From: Octopus sinensis
Taxonomy: Eukaryota
DNA: 64,000 nt
Direction: 5' to 3'
NCBI RefSeq assembly: GCF_006345805.1
Contig: NC_042998.1
Coordinates: 101,122,001 to 101,186,000, forward strand
The position numbers and the translations under genes were made by a program. This document shows, piece by piece, positions 14,353 through 28,659 of this stretch. Each line of letters opens with the position of its first letter. Positions within the stretch are counted from its first letter, which is position 1. The notes below the pieces were generated by a model, which was not told where the DNA came from, searched no databases, and saw only the letters and a list, made by a program, of their open reading frames with translations.

Positions 14353-14570
14353 GTGTGTATATGTTTGTGTGTCTGTTTTTGTCCCCCCAACATCGCTTGA
14401 CAACCGATGCTGGTGTGTTTACGTCCCTGAAACTTAGCGGTTCGGCAAAAAGACCGATAGAATAAGTACTTGGCTTGCAAAGAATAAGTCCTGGGATCGA
14501 TTTGCTCAATTAAAGGCGGTGCTCCAGTATGGCGACAGTCACATGACTGAAACAAGCATAAGAGTAGAAG
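13289..14570 (+). mobile_element. SINE family A interrupted by a 787-bp insertion
   Basis: The head GCGTAGGAGTGGCTGTGTGGCAAGTAGGTTGCTTACC stops at 13327 and resumes at 14115 with AAGTAGCTTGCTTACCAGCCACATGG, continuing to the tail. Confidence 0.9.
13328..14114 (+). mobile_element. Unidentified retroposon-like insertion with 16-bp TSD
   Basis: Flanked by 13312-13327 and 14115-14130 (15/16 identical). It ends in GATGAATAA(A), is GC-richer than its surroundings and carries broken K/E/P-rich reading frames. Confidence 0.75.
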
Positions 14571-14599
14571 AGTATGTATGCTTATCTTTTATTTTTTCT

Positions 14600-14760
14600 T
14601 TTACCTTTTACTTGTTTCAGTCATTAGCCTGCGGCCATGCTGGGGTACCGCCTTGAAGAATTTTTAGTTACATGTATCAACTCCTGGACTTTTAAAAACT
14701 AGTATTTGTTCTGTAAATTTATTTTGCTGAACCGCTAAGTTACGGGGACGTAAACACATC
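14600..14760 (-). mobile_element. SINE family A 3' fragment
   Basis: CTTGTTTCAGTCATT...GGCCATGCTGG...GAACCGCTAAGTTACGGGGACGTAAACAC. Confidence 0.75.
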
Positions 14761-14820
14761 GGCAGTGGATAGGGACACGCTCCTCGCCTTCGATCCGTTC
14801 ACGCGGCGCTTCGCCAATCG

Positions 14821-15107
14821 GACGGCATTGTTTTCGTCAGAAAAGTAAGTATAAGTTTTTATCAAAGTAGTTTTATATTCTATAATTTTCACAGACAATA
14901 AATACAATATTAATTGTTATTGTCTGAGATTTTGGTATAATTTGAGAGGATAATACAAAAGTTATGGATGATTTAGTGATTTATTGCAAAACCCATGGCT
15001 GCCAAAATTGTCTGTGAAAATTATACAATATGAAACAACTTTGATAAAAAATTATATCTACTTTTCTGACGAAAACAATGCCGTTCTGAACATTTTGGCC
15101 ACCACTG
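14821..15107. mobile_element. Tc1-derived palindromic MITE, left end truncated
   Basis: Inverted arms at 14821-14899 and 15007-15086. The right terminus TTTTGGCCACCACTG|TA is the reverse complement of a Tc1-type CAGTGGTGGCCAAAA end. Confidence 0.7.
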
Positions 15108-15131
15108 TATATATTTTTATATATATAATAA

Positions 15132-15215
<84 letters not shown>

Positions 15216-15242
15216 ATATATATTATATATATATATATTATA

Positions 15243-15914
15243 TCTTCTCTATATTATAATTCTGAAATGAGAAAAGTTTGTTTGTTTTTCTGGTTTTGGT
15301 ATTGGAACGGGTTAAAGGGCACTAGATCCCGTCGGATTGACTCCAAAATTTACAGGGACATGTAAAATGAGGTGAGGATACGAGTGGGCTAGGTTAGAAA
15401 TCTCCATCTTAAAAGGTGTCGTTGCTAGGGCCAAAAACACACTTTGACAAGTCTACTCTCATTCTTTTACGTATCTGCCTTCCTCCATCACTCACTCTCT
15501 TTCCTCCCTTCCTTTCATATTATATATATATAAAGTCGTTTCACAGCGTCTACCTCCCTTCCCTTCAATTTCTCTTTATAACGTCGTTTCACAGCGTCCT
15601 ATATCTCCCTCCTCCTCGCCTTCGACAGCGCTTTCACACTCTCTCTACGTCTGTCTGCATTCATAGAGAGAATTATCATCGCCACCACCATCACAACACA
15701 ATCACGAGAACAAATATTATGAATCAGATATTTATTGGGTTAATTTATATATGTGTGTGTGTTCTATATGTAAATATGTATATATAATGTATATATACAA
15801 AGTGTATATATCTGTATATATATATATATTATATATATATATATATATAATTTGTATACATTTATATATATACCACACTCTTACCTGCGCGTAGAGCGGG
15901 TCACCTTAAGCTAG
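15243..15914 (+). mobile_element. Non-autonomous Helitron
   Basis: 5' A|TC start, 3' hairpin CCTGC-GCGTAGA-GCGGG followed by CTAG|T. These are canonical Helitron termini. Confidence 0.6.
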
Positions 15915-16095
15915 TATACTATATATATATGTATATATATATATAGGCTTATGTACACACACACACACGCATATTTCAAAGTATATATAAATACAGAGAT
16001 TATATATATATATATATATGTATATGTTGTGTATATATGTTTGTTTATATATGTATATCTATCTGTCTATCTGTTTATCTATCTACCTACTTATG

Positions 16096-16216
<121 letters not shown>

Positions 16217-16217
16217 C

Positions 16218-16615
16218 CTATGAACCCAGAAATCGAAAAAGAGAGTTGCTTATTTGCAAAAAAAAAAAAAAAAAAAAAAGAAATATAAAATGTGACTTCA
16301 TTGACCGAGGTTACCGTGGTCTTTTCCGCAGGCTTTTCTTTCCACGGGTAAACCTCACCTGTCCTCCCCTTTACACTTCATATTGACATTTCTGTGATAA
16401 CGATCCCTATTGATCATTTTCCCCCCCCCCTTTTTTTTTTTTTTTTTTTTTTAACCCCCCTTATCTTTGTCCTCTTTCTCTCCTTTTACGATCCCTTTTG
16501 ATCGAACCTCCCCCTTCCTTTTTTTTTTTTTTTTTTTTTTAATACCTTCAAAAGAAAAGCTCTACCTTGTAATTTGTTCTATCTGTGTGCAGCCCTGTGT
16601 GGCTAATAAAGAAAC
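16218..16615 (+). mobile_element. 5'-truncated Tx1 LINE copy (3' UTR only)
   Basis: Closely similar to 22536-22946. It starts at the ORF2 last codon and stop (CTATGA), ends GCTAATAAAGAAAC and is flanked by (TCTA)n on both sides. Confidence 0.92.
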
Positions 16616-16616
16616 A

Positions 16617-16650
<34 letters not shown>

Positions 16651-16668
16651 CCTACTTATCTATTTATC

Positions 16669-16723
<55 letters not shown>

Positions 16724-16970
16724 ATCTATCTATCTATCTATCTACTCTCTCGACATGGACGGACGCTAGTCAAATGGGCTCCACGTAAGTTGGTCATTTT
16801 GTACGTTGAAAATTGTTTATTGTGAAATATTTTGTGTTTAAAAGTTGTGCAACAACATCCACTGCAAACCTTGATTAATATCTACACAAAATTTTGCCCC
16901 TTGTGGGCAAAATTTAAAAGAAAAAATTCTCATAGCCTTCGTGGTTTCATTTAGCCATTTTATTTCCAAA

Positions 16971-19100
16971 ATGGCCACTGGTCACCACGAGGCTGAGGTG
17001 CAAGTCAAGCGTGACGCAGAGGCAGAAAAACAGGATGCTCTGTTACCTTACGCTGAACCTGACAACTCCGCCACCATCAACATCGACAACAGCAACAAAT
17101 ACAAAACAAAGGTCGCAAGGCCAAGCACCGTCAACACCATCAGTGAGTCCACCACCACCACCACCAACAACCGACAACAACACCATGGCAGAATCTGCTA
17201 CTAAAACTGCTATCCCTACTAAAGACGTCGCCACCAATAACAATACCAACATCACCATCACCGCCACCAAAGACCATGCCGTCAATGCTACTAATACTAC
17301 TAACACCACCGCCGTCACCAAGAACGACAATAACAACAACAACACACACCAACAACAACAACACAACAACAACAACGACGACGACACAACAATTCCCTTC
17401 AACCACTGCTCACTCCATCACCAACAAGTGAAAAAATAACGACGACAAGCAAACGAAATGCCGAAATTTGCGCTAATGCAGGACTAAATTACGCAGGCAA
17501 TTTTCCACCCCTTGCTAGTTGCATAATCAGCAACCACAACCTACAACCCACACCCTGCCATCAACACCAACACCACCGGCAGTAACAACAATAACAAACA
17601 ACAACAAACTTCGCCGAGGCGATAAAAGAAAAGGTAACAAAAGTTTCGTTTACTACACAACAGATTAAAGATTGCAGAAACCTTATTACAAATCAAAACG
17701 GAAAAATACTCTTACACATACCTCAGCACATACTGAATGAGGAGAAAAAAGACAATTGTATATAAAATCACAAATAAAGAAACAAAAAGTCCAGAAAAGG
17801 CAAGCACAGACAAGTCGAAAAGTGCTTACGCCCCATCTGGGGATACAAGGATTGTGTGACTTGGGCGAACAAGTTCGCACACGTACAGGTGGTTTTTCAG
17901 AATGAAGAGTTGGCGAAGAAATTCTCAACGATAACCCTTCATTCTGATGAACTAACGTTGACACCGAGTTACCTCGGCCAGAAGGTGACGAAAGTCATTA
18001 TCAGTGGTGTCCCCCAAGTGACTACAACACTGTGGATTACATCCGCCTTAACATCCGAAATGGAGGACTTAAACATCCTAGATATCGGTGTTTCGGAAAA
18101 CAAGGACTGGCTGGGAAGAGAATAGAGTTCCTCTTCCACATAAGTCAAGAGGACATAATAAAAATCCCCCAACGTACATCTTGAGGATGGCCGCAAGTTT
18201 ACGTAGTAGTCGAGGGCAGAAGGCCACGATGCTATACATGTGGCAGTGAGGCACACCTCAAAAAGGAGTGCAAATCTGCCGCAAAATTACAACAACAACA
18301 ACAGCCACAGGAAAAATCACAAAAGCCAGGATTATTGCCCACACCACAATATGGACAGCTAGTCAAGAAGCTGTATGCGGAAATGCAGGAAAAACAACAA
18401 AGAACAAGCCAACCCAACCAACAACACCAACACCAGCGCCAAGAACAGAATCATCACCACCAACAACAATAAACCAATTCCAACACCAAGAATAAAAACG
18501 AAGAAGACAAGCACCAAGGATGTAGGAGAGACAATAACCACAACAAACCCCCCAGCAACACCCTCCCCGCGCACCACAACAATATCTACAACCGCACAAA
18601 CACACCCAGACGCTTTACCCTTGCCCCCTGCTGATTCGTCAGACTTTTCATCTAACGATGAAAGTTCGACAGAATGGCAAATAGCCACAGGGGGTAAAAG
18701 AAAAAGATCAAGAAAAACCAAACAAAAATCGCAACCAAAGCAGGGAGATACCTGAACCCTGAAAACTCCATACACAACAAAACAAGCACCAACACCACAA
18801 AAACAATGCTATCAGCGATAGACACAAAAGACTCCAAACTAATGGAGTACATCACAGGATACACAACATTTGTGAAGATGACTTTAAAAATAGCAATCAT
18901 CCACGCACTACACCACCCAAACACATCAAATACTACACACATCACACAAACACAACACCACAAACTCAAAGCCCTCTTCCCAAATGCTGTAGGGGGTTTC
19001 CAGAAATATCTGTCCCAAAAACTATATAGAAACCTCCTCGAAGACACATCAAAGAACGAGGAAGCCAAAACTTTCGACACAAGTAACTCTCTGTACTTTC
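16971..19100 (+). pseudogene. LINE ORF1 (gag-like), disrupted
   Basis: CCHC knuckle RCYTCGSEAHLKKEC at about 18226-18272, RRM-like FAHVQVVFQNEELAKKF and T/N-rich low-complexity linkers. Several frameshifts and stops. Confidence 0.75.
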
Positions 19101-19137
19101 ATTTGTGTGTTTTAAAGCACACACCCCCCAATAGATC

Positions 19138-22100
19138 ATGGTCAAGATTGGTTGTGTGAATGCGCGTGGCTTGGGGTCTCCTTGGAAACAAGGATACCTC
19201 CTAAATGACATCAAGTCACATGATTTGGGAATCATAGCCATAAGTGAGACCAGACTCCACGAGCCACGGGCCCTAAAGTCCATGTTTGGCGGACAGTTTA
19301 ACATTTATTTCGCTCCCTGTCTGCCGAGGATGGGCGGTAGTGGCACCACGGTACTTTTTCACAAGAGCCTGGATCTCGAAGTCAAGACGATATTCGTAGA
19401 CCCGGAGGGTAGACTGATCGTTCTGGATGTTGACGGCAGCAATGGGTGCGCTTTTCGACTCGTATCAGTCTACGCACCGCCCTTAACAGGTCGGGCGGAT
19501 TTCTTTCGACGTCTAGAAGTATTCTTGGGAACGTCTCGTCCTTTACTCTTAGTGGGGGATTGGAATGCTACCTTGGACACGCATGTAGACTACGTGGGTA
19601 GAGACAGAAACAGAAGGGGATGCAAATGCCTCAGAGACCTGCTCAGACGATTCCAACTGTCTGACAGGTACCGACTCGACCACCCAAATGCACCAACGTG
19701 GACATGGAGCAACCGCAGTGGGTCGTCGAGATCGTATCTAGATAGGATACTGTGTAGGACAGTAGACAAGGATAACTTAGGATGTCCACAATTCCACACA
19801 GTCAGCTACACGGATCACAAATTGGTGACGTGTACGCTAGACTTAGATAAGGCACATAGACAGGTCCTGGGTACTGGAAACTGAACGCATCATTCCCGTC
19901 CAGACAAGTTTTTAGAGACCGGATTAGCACACTAGTAAAGAGGGCTTTGACGGGAGCCATCATCAACAACAAATGGTGGTTTGCCCTCAAGAGAGCAGTA
20001 AAAGCAGAAGCGATTAGGTACAGCAAAGCACTAGCCATAGATAGAAATAGAGTAGAGGGTGAGCTAGTTAAGAAGCTAGAAGAGGCAATTAGAAGCGGCA
20101 TCGCATCCGACGTTTTGGCGGCGAGGTTGGCCCTCGACCAACACTTCAACGCCAAACACGAAGGATGTGCTGTCAGAGCTAGGATGCGTGCTCTAAGGAA
20201 CGAAGGTGTTGGAGCCGCGAGAGGGCAACAAAGCCACCATTCGGTCACTGGTAGATGAACAGGGGCGCGAATTGCTCGAGCCAAGTAAAATGTGTGAGGC
20301 CTTTCAGCAGCATTTTGCCCGACTGTTCGGGACGAGTGGAGGGCAAGAACGTAGGGTAGACTTCAGTGCCTACCTACATAGCCTGCCACGACTCTCGACA
20401 AGAAAGGCAGGGTGCTGCGAAGGTGCCATCACGTCGGCGGCGGAAGTGCGGGAAGCGATGGCAGAATGCTCGAGGGACAAATCACCGGGTTTGGATGGTC
20501 TACCCTACGAATTTTACTATTGTATGCCAGACTTGTTTGGAGACGTCTTGGCAGCGGTATACTGCAACTGGCAGCAAAACGGGAGCATACCCGTTTTGTG
20601 AGTCGAGGAGCTGTAACTCTGCTGAAGAAAGATCCAAACAAGGGAAACAATATAGATAACTTTAGGCCAATCACTCTGCTCAATGCAGACCTGAAAATTT
20701 TGACAAAGGTGTTAGCCAAGAGGTTGGCGCTTGTCATGGAGAAACTGGTCGACAACGCACAAACGTGCGCCGTGCCAGGCCGGAGCATCCATGACAACCT
20801 CCATCTAATGCGCTACATCATAGACAAGGTAGTTAACGAACCTGGCATGGGTGGGGCCCTGATCAACTTGGATCAATCGAAAGCCTTTGATAGGGTAGAC
20901 CATCGATACTTGGAGGCAGTCCTGAGAGCGGCTGGTTTCGGTCCCGTCTTCCGCGGCTGGATAGCTGCCTTGTACAGAGGCATCCTTTCGGTAATTCGCG
21001 TAATGGACATCTATCGAGACTCGACATTGCACGTTCGGTCCGTCAGGGATGCCCCTCTCGGCTTCTATACGTATTGACTCTTGAGCCACTACTGCGGAAG
21101 CTGGCGACTCTGAGGGGCATCCCGCGAGAATTAGGATGCGGGACGAGCGTGTCTGCATACGCGGACGACGTCACCGTCATAGTGTCAAGCCACGAGCACA
21201 TCGAGCGGGTCGGCGAGACACTGAAAGACTACGAAGAAGCGGTGACAGGAGCAAAAATCAACCGGGAAAAGTCAGTGGGCTTGCGGCTCGGCACCTGGAG
21301 AAGCAAGCCCATGCCGTCCACCAGTACCTCCGTCGTGGGACGCTGGACAGACGCCCGGTTGAGTTGCTCGGGGTCTGGTTCGGTCCGGACCTCCAAATGG
21401 AGAAGAACTGGAACGAGATAACGAGTAGGGTGGTCACTCTCGCCCAGCAATGGGCCGAGAGGAAACTGTCCCTAAAAGGTCGGGCGGAGGTGGTGACGCG
21501 TACATCGCGTCCATCATCTACTACCGCCTGACCGTCGTACCTTGTCCCGACCCTACCATCACCAACTAGAACGCATCCTCTTCCGCTTCTTGTGGAAAGG
21601 ATGCGTCCCGATGGTCAGGCGATCCATTTGCTGTCAACACCCGTTAAAAGGAGGGCTGGGCATGCCGTGGTTGATGATGCGCAGACACGCGCTGAGACTG
21701 CGACATCTCCGGCTCTATGTAGACGACGGTGAACAGGTGTGGTCGCCGTTTGTGAGGCACGCATTCCCGCAACTCGTCTCCATGACCGAACTACAGTCGT
21801 GGATCAAAAAGAGGCCGAAGAAGGGCGAATGGCACCGCGAGTGTCGCGTTGCTCTCAAGCAACTCTGCCGTCCCGGGTCGACCTTGAGTGACTTCAACAC
21901 AACCAAAGCATTCTATAGGGGATTAGTGGAGGGGAGGTACGACGACGAGCTCGGGGCAAACCTGAGCGTCGACGAGGAATACCTGACCCGCCTGTTTCAA
22001 ACGACTTTCGGCCGGGACCTATGGACAACTTCCAGAGATCCCTGGCCTGGCGGTGCTACCGAGAAGCGCTACCCGTTCGGGATAAGCTCTATAGGCATGG

Positions 22101-22541
22101 CTCGAGAAACACGGGGCCGACCTGCCCGAGATGCGGGCAGAGCGACGAAACCGCTCTGCACGCATCGTGCAGTGTCCAGCAATTTCCCACCTGTGGGCTT
22201 ATGTCGAACGACTGCTGTCACGTGTGGGACGTGTCGGTTTATCAGCCGAGTCTATCGTTAATATCGTCACGCCTCCTTCCTTCAAACGGGAAGGAAGAGC
22301 TATTTTTATCATACTTGTGGCTATGGCGAAAGAATGTATCTGGTGGACGCGTCTGAAAGGATTAGAGACAAACACTTTCCTCTCTGGTCAATCTCTCATC
22401 AACTTCTTCAAGTATCACTTGAAGAAAAAAGTGAGAGTAGAGAGGCAAGTTTTGTCTAGTGAATGTTTTAAAAAAAGATGGGTGAATGTAGCAAGGATGG
22501 CACGTATGAATGACGAAGCCACCTTGACTATGATTCTATGA
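19138..22541 (+). pseudogene. LINE ORF2: AP endonuclease, reverse transcriptase and C-terminal zinc knuckle, frameshifted
   Basis: APE motifs CVNARGL, SET, VYAP, GDWNA, YLDRI, TDHK; RT motifs KSPGLDG, FRPITLLNAD, LDQSKAFDRV, YADD; C-terminal CPRCGQSDETALH. Spread across several frames. Confidence 0.93.
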
Positions 22542-23578
22542 ACCGTAAAAAAATACAGAGAGTTGCTTATTTGCAAAAAAAAAAAAAAAAAAAAGAATAT
22601 AACATGTGACTTCATTGACTTACAAGTCCGTGGTCTTTTCCGTAGCTTTTCTTTCTTTCCACGGGTAAACCTCACCTGTCCTCCCCTTTACACTTCATAT
22701 TGACATTTCTGTGATAACGATCCCATTGATCAATTTTTTTTTCCTCCCCCCCTTTTTTTTACCCCCCTTTTTTTTTGTCCTCTTTCTCTCCTTTTACGAT
22801 CCCTTTTGATCGACCCCCCTTTTTTATTTTATTTTAATTTTATTTTTTTATTTTTATTTTTTTTTATTTTTTAAACCTTCAAAAGAAAAGCTCTACCTTG
22901 TAATTTGTTCTATCTGTGTGCAGCCCTGTGTGGCTAATAAAGAAACATCTATCTATCTATCTATCTCTCTCTCTCTCTCCCTCTCTCTTTCTCTCTCTCT
23001 ATATATATATATCAATCAATCTATCTATCTATCTGTTTATATATATATGCATGCACGTATATATGTTACACACTTCAGCCCTATAAATTTCTATTACTTG
23101 CAACTATCAAATTTGAGCCGGAGAATAAACATAATTTGACTCTTTTGAACAATAGGCTATCGTTAAGGTTAAGTTTAACCTCGACAAGAAAAGTGCACAA
23201 TTGATTATCTGTGAAAGCGTCGTTAGTAAATTAGAATGCCATTCAACGCTCCACTTCTATTTTTCCTTGAACATAAAGAAACAAAGTATACTTACATCTA
23301 GCAATTCGATATATTGAACGATAAGCACATATACTTATAAGTTTATAGATACATACAAACATACATACACACATACACACATACATACATACAAACATAC
23401 ATACATACATACATACATACATACAACATACATACATACATACATACATACATACATACATGCATACATACACACACATATATAGATATAGATACGTATA
23501 TGTATATATCTACGTCTATATGTACATATGAATGTTTACTTGCATATAAATATATACTGATACATGTATAGGTTTTGC

Positions 23579-23694
<116 letters not shown>

Positions 23695-23855
23695 CATATA
23701 TATGTATGTATCTATGTATGTATATGCATACATACACATATTTATATATGAAAATTTATGTATATACATTTGTTTGTATTTCTATGTATTTCTATGTCTG
23801 CACGAACACACATACGTATATATGTCAATCTGTCTAATCTCTCTCTCTGTATCTG

Positions 23856-23980
<125 letters not shown>

Positions 23981-26019
23981 TTTCACGTAGGTGTGTGTAT
24001 TGTATATCTGACTGTCTGTGCGCGTATGAGCGTATGTGTGTCTGTCAGTCACTTTCTATCTCTCACTTCAACATTCTGAAATTAGAGATTTGCTCTTTAA
24101 ATCGTCTATTATCATATCTGATCGAAAGTAAACAACCACCGGAACTGTGCTGTCTCTCATAGAAATATTATCACCAATACTTATCTTTGAAACCCAGGAT
24201 TTCGTAGAAAATGTAGCAAATTGTTTGAGACTTAGGAACTGCAATGTTGTTTCAAATCCCGGTTGTAATTTTTTCCGTTTTACTTATGACGTTACTTCTC
24301 ACTGGAAACGCAAGGATGTCAGTACATACTCCATGAATAATATTCATTGTATAAGAAGAGGTATATAGGTAAGTTTCTCTGTAGTCAGGACCAATTCCGA
24401 GCTGAAGCTAATTCTCTTCCTTTACATCGTTAATGTCTTGTAGAAAAGCACGAACATCACACCTCCTATCCTGTATGAAACGGTGTATTTAATGAGATAA
24501 AATGAAACGGAAATTGATTATATTGAGCGGTTTGTCAAAACAGCATCCGGTTTTGTTTTTGTTGATATCAGTTCACTTATGCTTTTGTTAACTTTCTCGA
24601 GAATAGCACAAAAATCTCAAATTTCAATTTGTATCTCAAGAAATTACGGGTTCTTACTATTTAGTTACAAAAGAAAACCTACCCGTTCTAACACATACAC
24701 ATTTACATATGCTCAGTTATATAAACACATACACAATATCTTAATATACATTCATTCTGTCAAACGCACACATGCTCACAGAGAAACTGCTAAACTTATC
24801 AGCTTACATAGACACACTCACATCATGACATTTACTTGTACTCACGCATGTTTTTTTTAACGCTTTCTTCAAATTCACTCACACTCACATTCATTCATAT
24901 ATTGTTTCACACAAACAGGCCCTCGCGCTCACATTCTCTCTTACGTACAAGCCAGCTTATAAACACACCGTTGCATACATACTTTCTCTTATACGCACAT
25001 AATGAAGTTCTTGATAGATCCGACTCAATAAGAGCCGATGAGCCAACTGTAAGAGAAGAAATTTGTAACCTGATACTGATCGCAGCTAAGTTTATAGCCA
25101 AAGCACATAATACTTAAGCAACTCAGCCACGTTTCAGTGATGGAAGGAATAAAGTAACAGAAAAAAACATCACACACACACACATGCGCGCGGGCACATA
25201 CATAAATATACGTACGAACTCAAACACTATATTCTTTTGCTGATCTGATTAACTGAACTGTGGCTATACTAGAATACAGCATTAAAAATTTTAGGGTTCG
25301 CTTTGAACGCGAATATTTTGATTTGGAGATTCAGGAACGTGAAATATCAGTCACGTTTAGTCAGTTGATAATATTTATAATGCGGTACTGGAGTATCCCA
25401 CATAAGGGATAATTATCTATCCAACTATCAGTCTGTCCATGTATGTCTGTATGTCTCTACCTGTTTGTTCATATTTCTGACCAGGTATTTATAAGGATTT
25501 ATTATTATACAGGTTTACAGTACACGAAAAAAGAGTTCATAATAAACAGTTCACAGTACTCCAATTTTACACCGAATTCTAGAAAGTATGAGAAGAATAA
25601 AAATGGAAGCTGTAATAATATTTAAATACAAACAAAACACCAACAGTCTAATGTAGCATACAAAATAAATAATGAAATGTTCTAGAACTTAGCTAAAGCA
25701 TAAGTTTCCAGAACATACATAATTCTCCTAGCGCAAAAGTGGAGGCGCCATAACATGATTTCACTCCCTACTGTGCCTTATGTAGTCAAATATATCAGAT
25801 AATTCTTACACCTATCTTAGACTTATCTTCCATTTTAGACTTAATGACTTATTTTATATTCATCTTTTAGTCTTCAGAGATATATATATTGAGGTTTGAC
25901 ACACTTTGTCAACGCCTTCGCGTTTTTGTTGGGCGATGAAAAGAAAAGACGAGCTAAAATACTTTCTCTTTGTTCGACTACACTTAACACCAGATCGTCC
26001 TCCTCCTCATTCTTCTCAT

Positions 26020-26141
26020 TCTTCTTCTTCTTCTTCTTCTTCTTCTTCTTCTTCTTCTTCTTCTTCTTCTTCTTCTTCTTCTTCTTCTTCTTCTTCTTCT
26101 TCTTCTTCTTCTTCTTCTTCTTCTTCTCCTCCTCCTCCTCC

Positions 26142-26180
<39 letters not shown>
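26020..26180. repeat. Compound (TTC)n/(TCC)n/(TCA)n microsatellite
   Basis: Directly visible. It explains the poly-S, F, K and E ORFs. Confidence 0.97.
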
Positions 26181-26182
<2 letters not shown>

Positions 26183-26329
26183 TCTCTTTCTCCTCAGTCC
26201 CTTTCCCATCTTTTCCTAATTTTTCTCGTGATCGAGATAAACATACACTGTCATCTTCCCTCATTCAACATTTGATGTTGAGTTCACTGCTATTGTTTTT
26301 TTGATAGTCAGAAAAGATGTACAACAACA

Positions 26330-26365
<36 letters not shown>

Positions 26366-26423
26366 TTAATGATAAAGGCTATGGAGACTTGTAAATCCAC
26401 AGAATTTATTTCATAATTTTATA

Positions 26424-26583
26424 CATGGTTTAGGGTTCAGTTCCACTGCGTGGCACCTTGGGCAAGTGTCTTCTACTATAGCCTAAGACCGACCAAATCC
26501 TTGTGAGTAGATTTGGTAGACGGAAACTGTAAAAAGCCTGCCGTATGTATGTATGTCTGTATGTATGTATGTATGTATGTATG

Positions 26584-26626
<43 letters not shown>

Positions 26627-26837
26627 GTTTGTGCGTCTGTTTGTCCCGCCACCAAAACTTGACAACCGATGTTGGTGTGCTTACGTCCCCGTAACCTAGC
26701 AGCACGGCAAAAGAGTCCGATAGAATGAGTACTAGGCTTACTAAGAATAAATACTGGGATCAATTTGTTTGACTAAAGGCGATGCTTCAGCATGGCCGCA
26801 GTTAAATAACTCAGACGAATAAAAGACTAAAAGAATA
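26424..26837 (+). mobile_element. SINE family A, 5'-truncated
   Basis: GGTTCAGTTCCACTGCGTGGCACCTTGGGCAAG through to an AATAAAAGACTAAAAG tail. Confidence 0.85.
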
Positions 26838-27554
26838 CATTATAATGACCCAATGTGTTTCCGCTGCAGCGACAACTCACAGTTGCAAATGTAACATTGC
26901 CTGATTGTCGGTGAAACGTCATCAGAGTTCATCTATTTGATCATTCTTGATGGATATACAAATCTCCACATTTTTTAAATTATTAATGATAATATATACT
27001 CCAGACAAGTTTTACCGTCCAGCAAAGGGTACACGGAATTCCTGGAGTGACTAGCAACAAATAGTAGTCAGAGATGTTAAATACCGATCTAAGTAGTTAG
27101 CCGTTAACTGGAAATTAACTGAGAGCTAATACGGTATCTGTCCGGATAATATATCCTTCCAAGCTCACATAAACACACACACGCATGCACGCATACATAC
27201 ACACACACACACACACACACACATACATAGATACATAGATACATACATACATACATACATACATACATACATACATACTTACATGATGGCTGCTCCCTCG
27301 TTATCGAGTATGGCCATTGCACGAAGCTTAATCAATGTTGTTATCGTGCAATAAAAAAATCGTAAATAATAAGAATAAAATAAAAAATCAAATGTTGTTA
27401 TCGTGCAATGCCTGTGCAAGAAGATTTCTTTTTAAAGTGAGGAAAGGCTGTGCACTGAGTCAATCCCACTCACTAAGCAACAGCAGCCATAATCCGAAAA
27501 GAAGAACAAGTCAACATCATCGGTAACCACTGAGCCGCAGGTTTTATGTCGGAG

Positions 27555-27848
27555 TTATCCCAGTTACCTGAGTTACTTCTCCTAGAAGGATACCCTAACA
27601 AAGGCTAGGAGTCCTTCACTCCCAATGGTTTAACTGCGCGATCGGGTATTCAGTCCGATTATTTCTATGTACCCGCGCATGATACAGCCTTAAGACATTT
27701 ATTGGATGGCCGTTGATTCTCAAGAGTTCCTCTGCCCTTTGACGGGTTTTGTTTTTCATCCCGCAGGGTGTCCAATAAACACCCTCCTCACTAAGCAAGC
27801 TTGGTGGGGTTGCCGGTTTAGTCACCGACGACCCGACCATGCAACAGG
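27555..27848 (-). mobile_element. RTE-like LINE 5' UTR-type repeat
   Basis: Minus strand GGTCGTCGGTGACTAAACCGGCAACCCC...TTAGGGTATCCTTCTAGGAGAAGGTAACTC resembles RTE 5' regions (recognition only). Confidence 0.45.
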
Positions 27849-28057
27849 TTGTACATACATACATACATAAATACATACATATATATGTATGTATGTATAT
27901 ATGTATATATATATACATTCGTACACACATACACACACACACGCACACACACACACACACATAAAAGGTTCATTCCACAAGTATTGAGATTATTTTAGGA
28001 GAAGCAGTTATAACTAGCCCAGATTATTGTAATTTTGATATATCATTACTATACATC

Positions 28058-28377
28058 AAGCGCGTGGTTTAGTAGTTAGGGCATTCGGCACACGATCATG
28101 AGGTCGTAAGTTCTATTCCCGGCGACGCGTTATGTCCTTGAGCAAGACACTTTATTTTCCGTTACTCCAGTCCACTCAGCTGGCAAAAATTAGTAGTACT
28201 TGTATTTCAAAAGGCCAACCTTGTCACACTCTGTGTCACGCTGAATCTCTCTGAGAACTGCGTTAAGGTACACGTTTCTGTGGAGTGCTCAGCAACTTGC
28301 ACGTTAATTTCACGAGCAGGCTGTTCCGTTGATCGTATCAGCTGGGACCCACGTCGTCGTAACCGACGGAGTGCTCC
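28058..28377 (+). mobile_element. tRNA-derived SINE family C with 12-bp TSD
   Basis: A/B-box-like head and TGTCCTTGAGCAAGACACTT block. TTACTATACATC occurs at 28046-28057 and 28378-28389. Confidence 0.85.
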
Positions 28378-28659
28378 TTACTATACATCTAATAAACTGA
28401 CCTGCTAACTTTTGTGTTTCTGGACTTAAGGCTACAGCTGTATCAACACTTTGAACACATCCTATTAAGCATTGCTTGTCACAGCTGACTAGTTTGCAGA
28501 ACGCAATCGGGGCGTTTAGAAACTCCCTATGTTATAAAGTGTTGTGCTTAAGTGGGCAAAATTGCAACATACTATTTATGAAGTGATCCAGACTACTTGG
28601 AAATTAACTTGTATGAGCCAAACATCCGCTTTTCGTTGGTACAAGCGGCCAAACAAAGC

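Larger units (their letters stand above)
16746..22946 (+). mobile_element. Full-length Tx1/L1-clade non-LTR retrotransposon, frameshifted
   Basis: 5' UTR, ORF1 relic, ORF2 relic (APE-RT-CCHC) and a pyrimidine-rich 3' UTR ending in a short hairpin plus AATAAAGAAAC, followed by (ATCT)n. Confidence 0.93.

Noticed and set aside
16218-22946. Direct repeats flanking an RT element, suggesting an LTR retrotransposon
   Set aside because: The APE-RT architecture is non-LTR, there is no integrase, PBS or TG..CA, and the upstream repeat is a separate truncated 3'-UTR copy.
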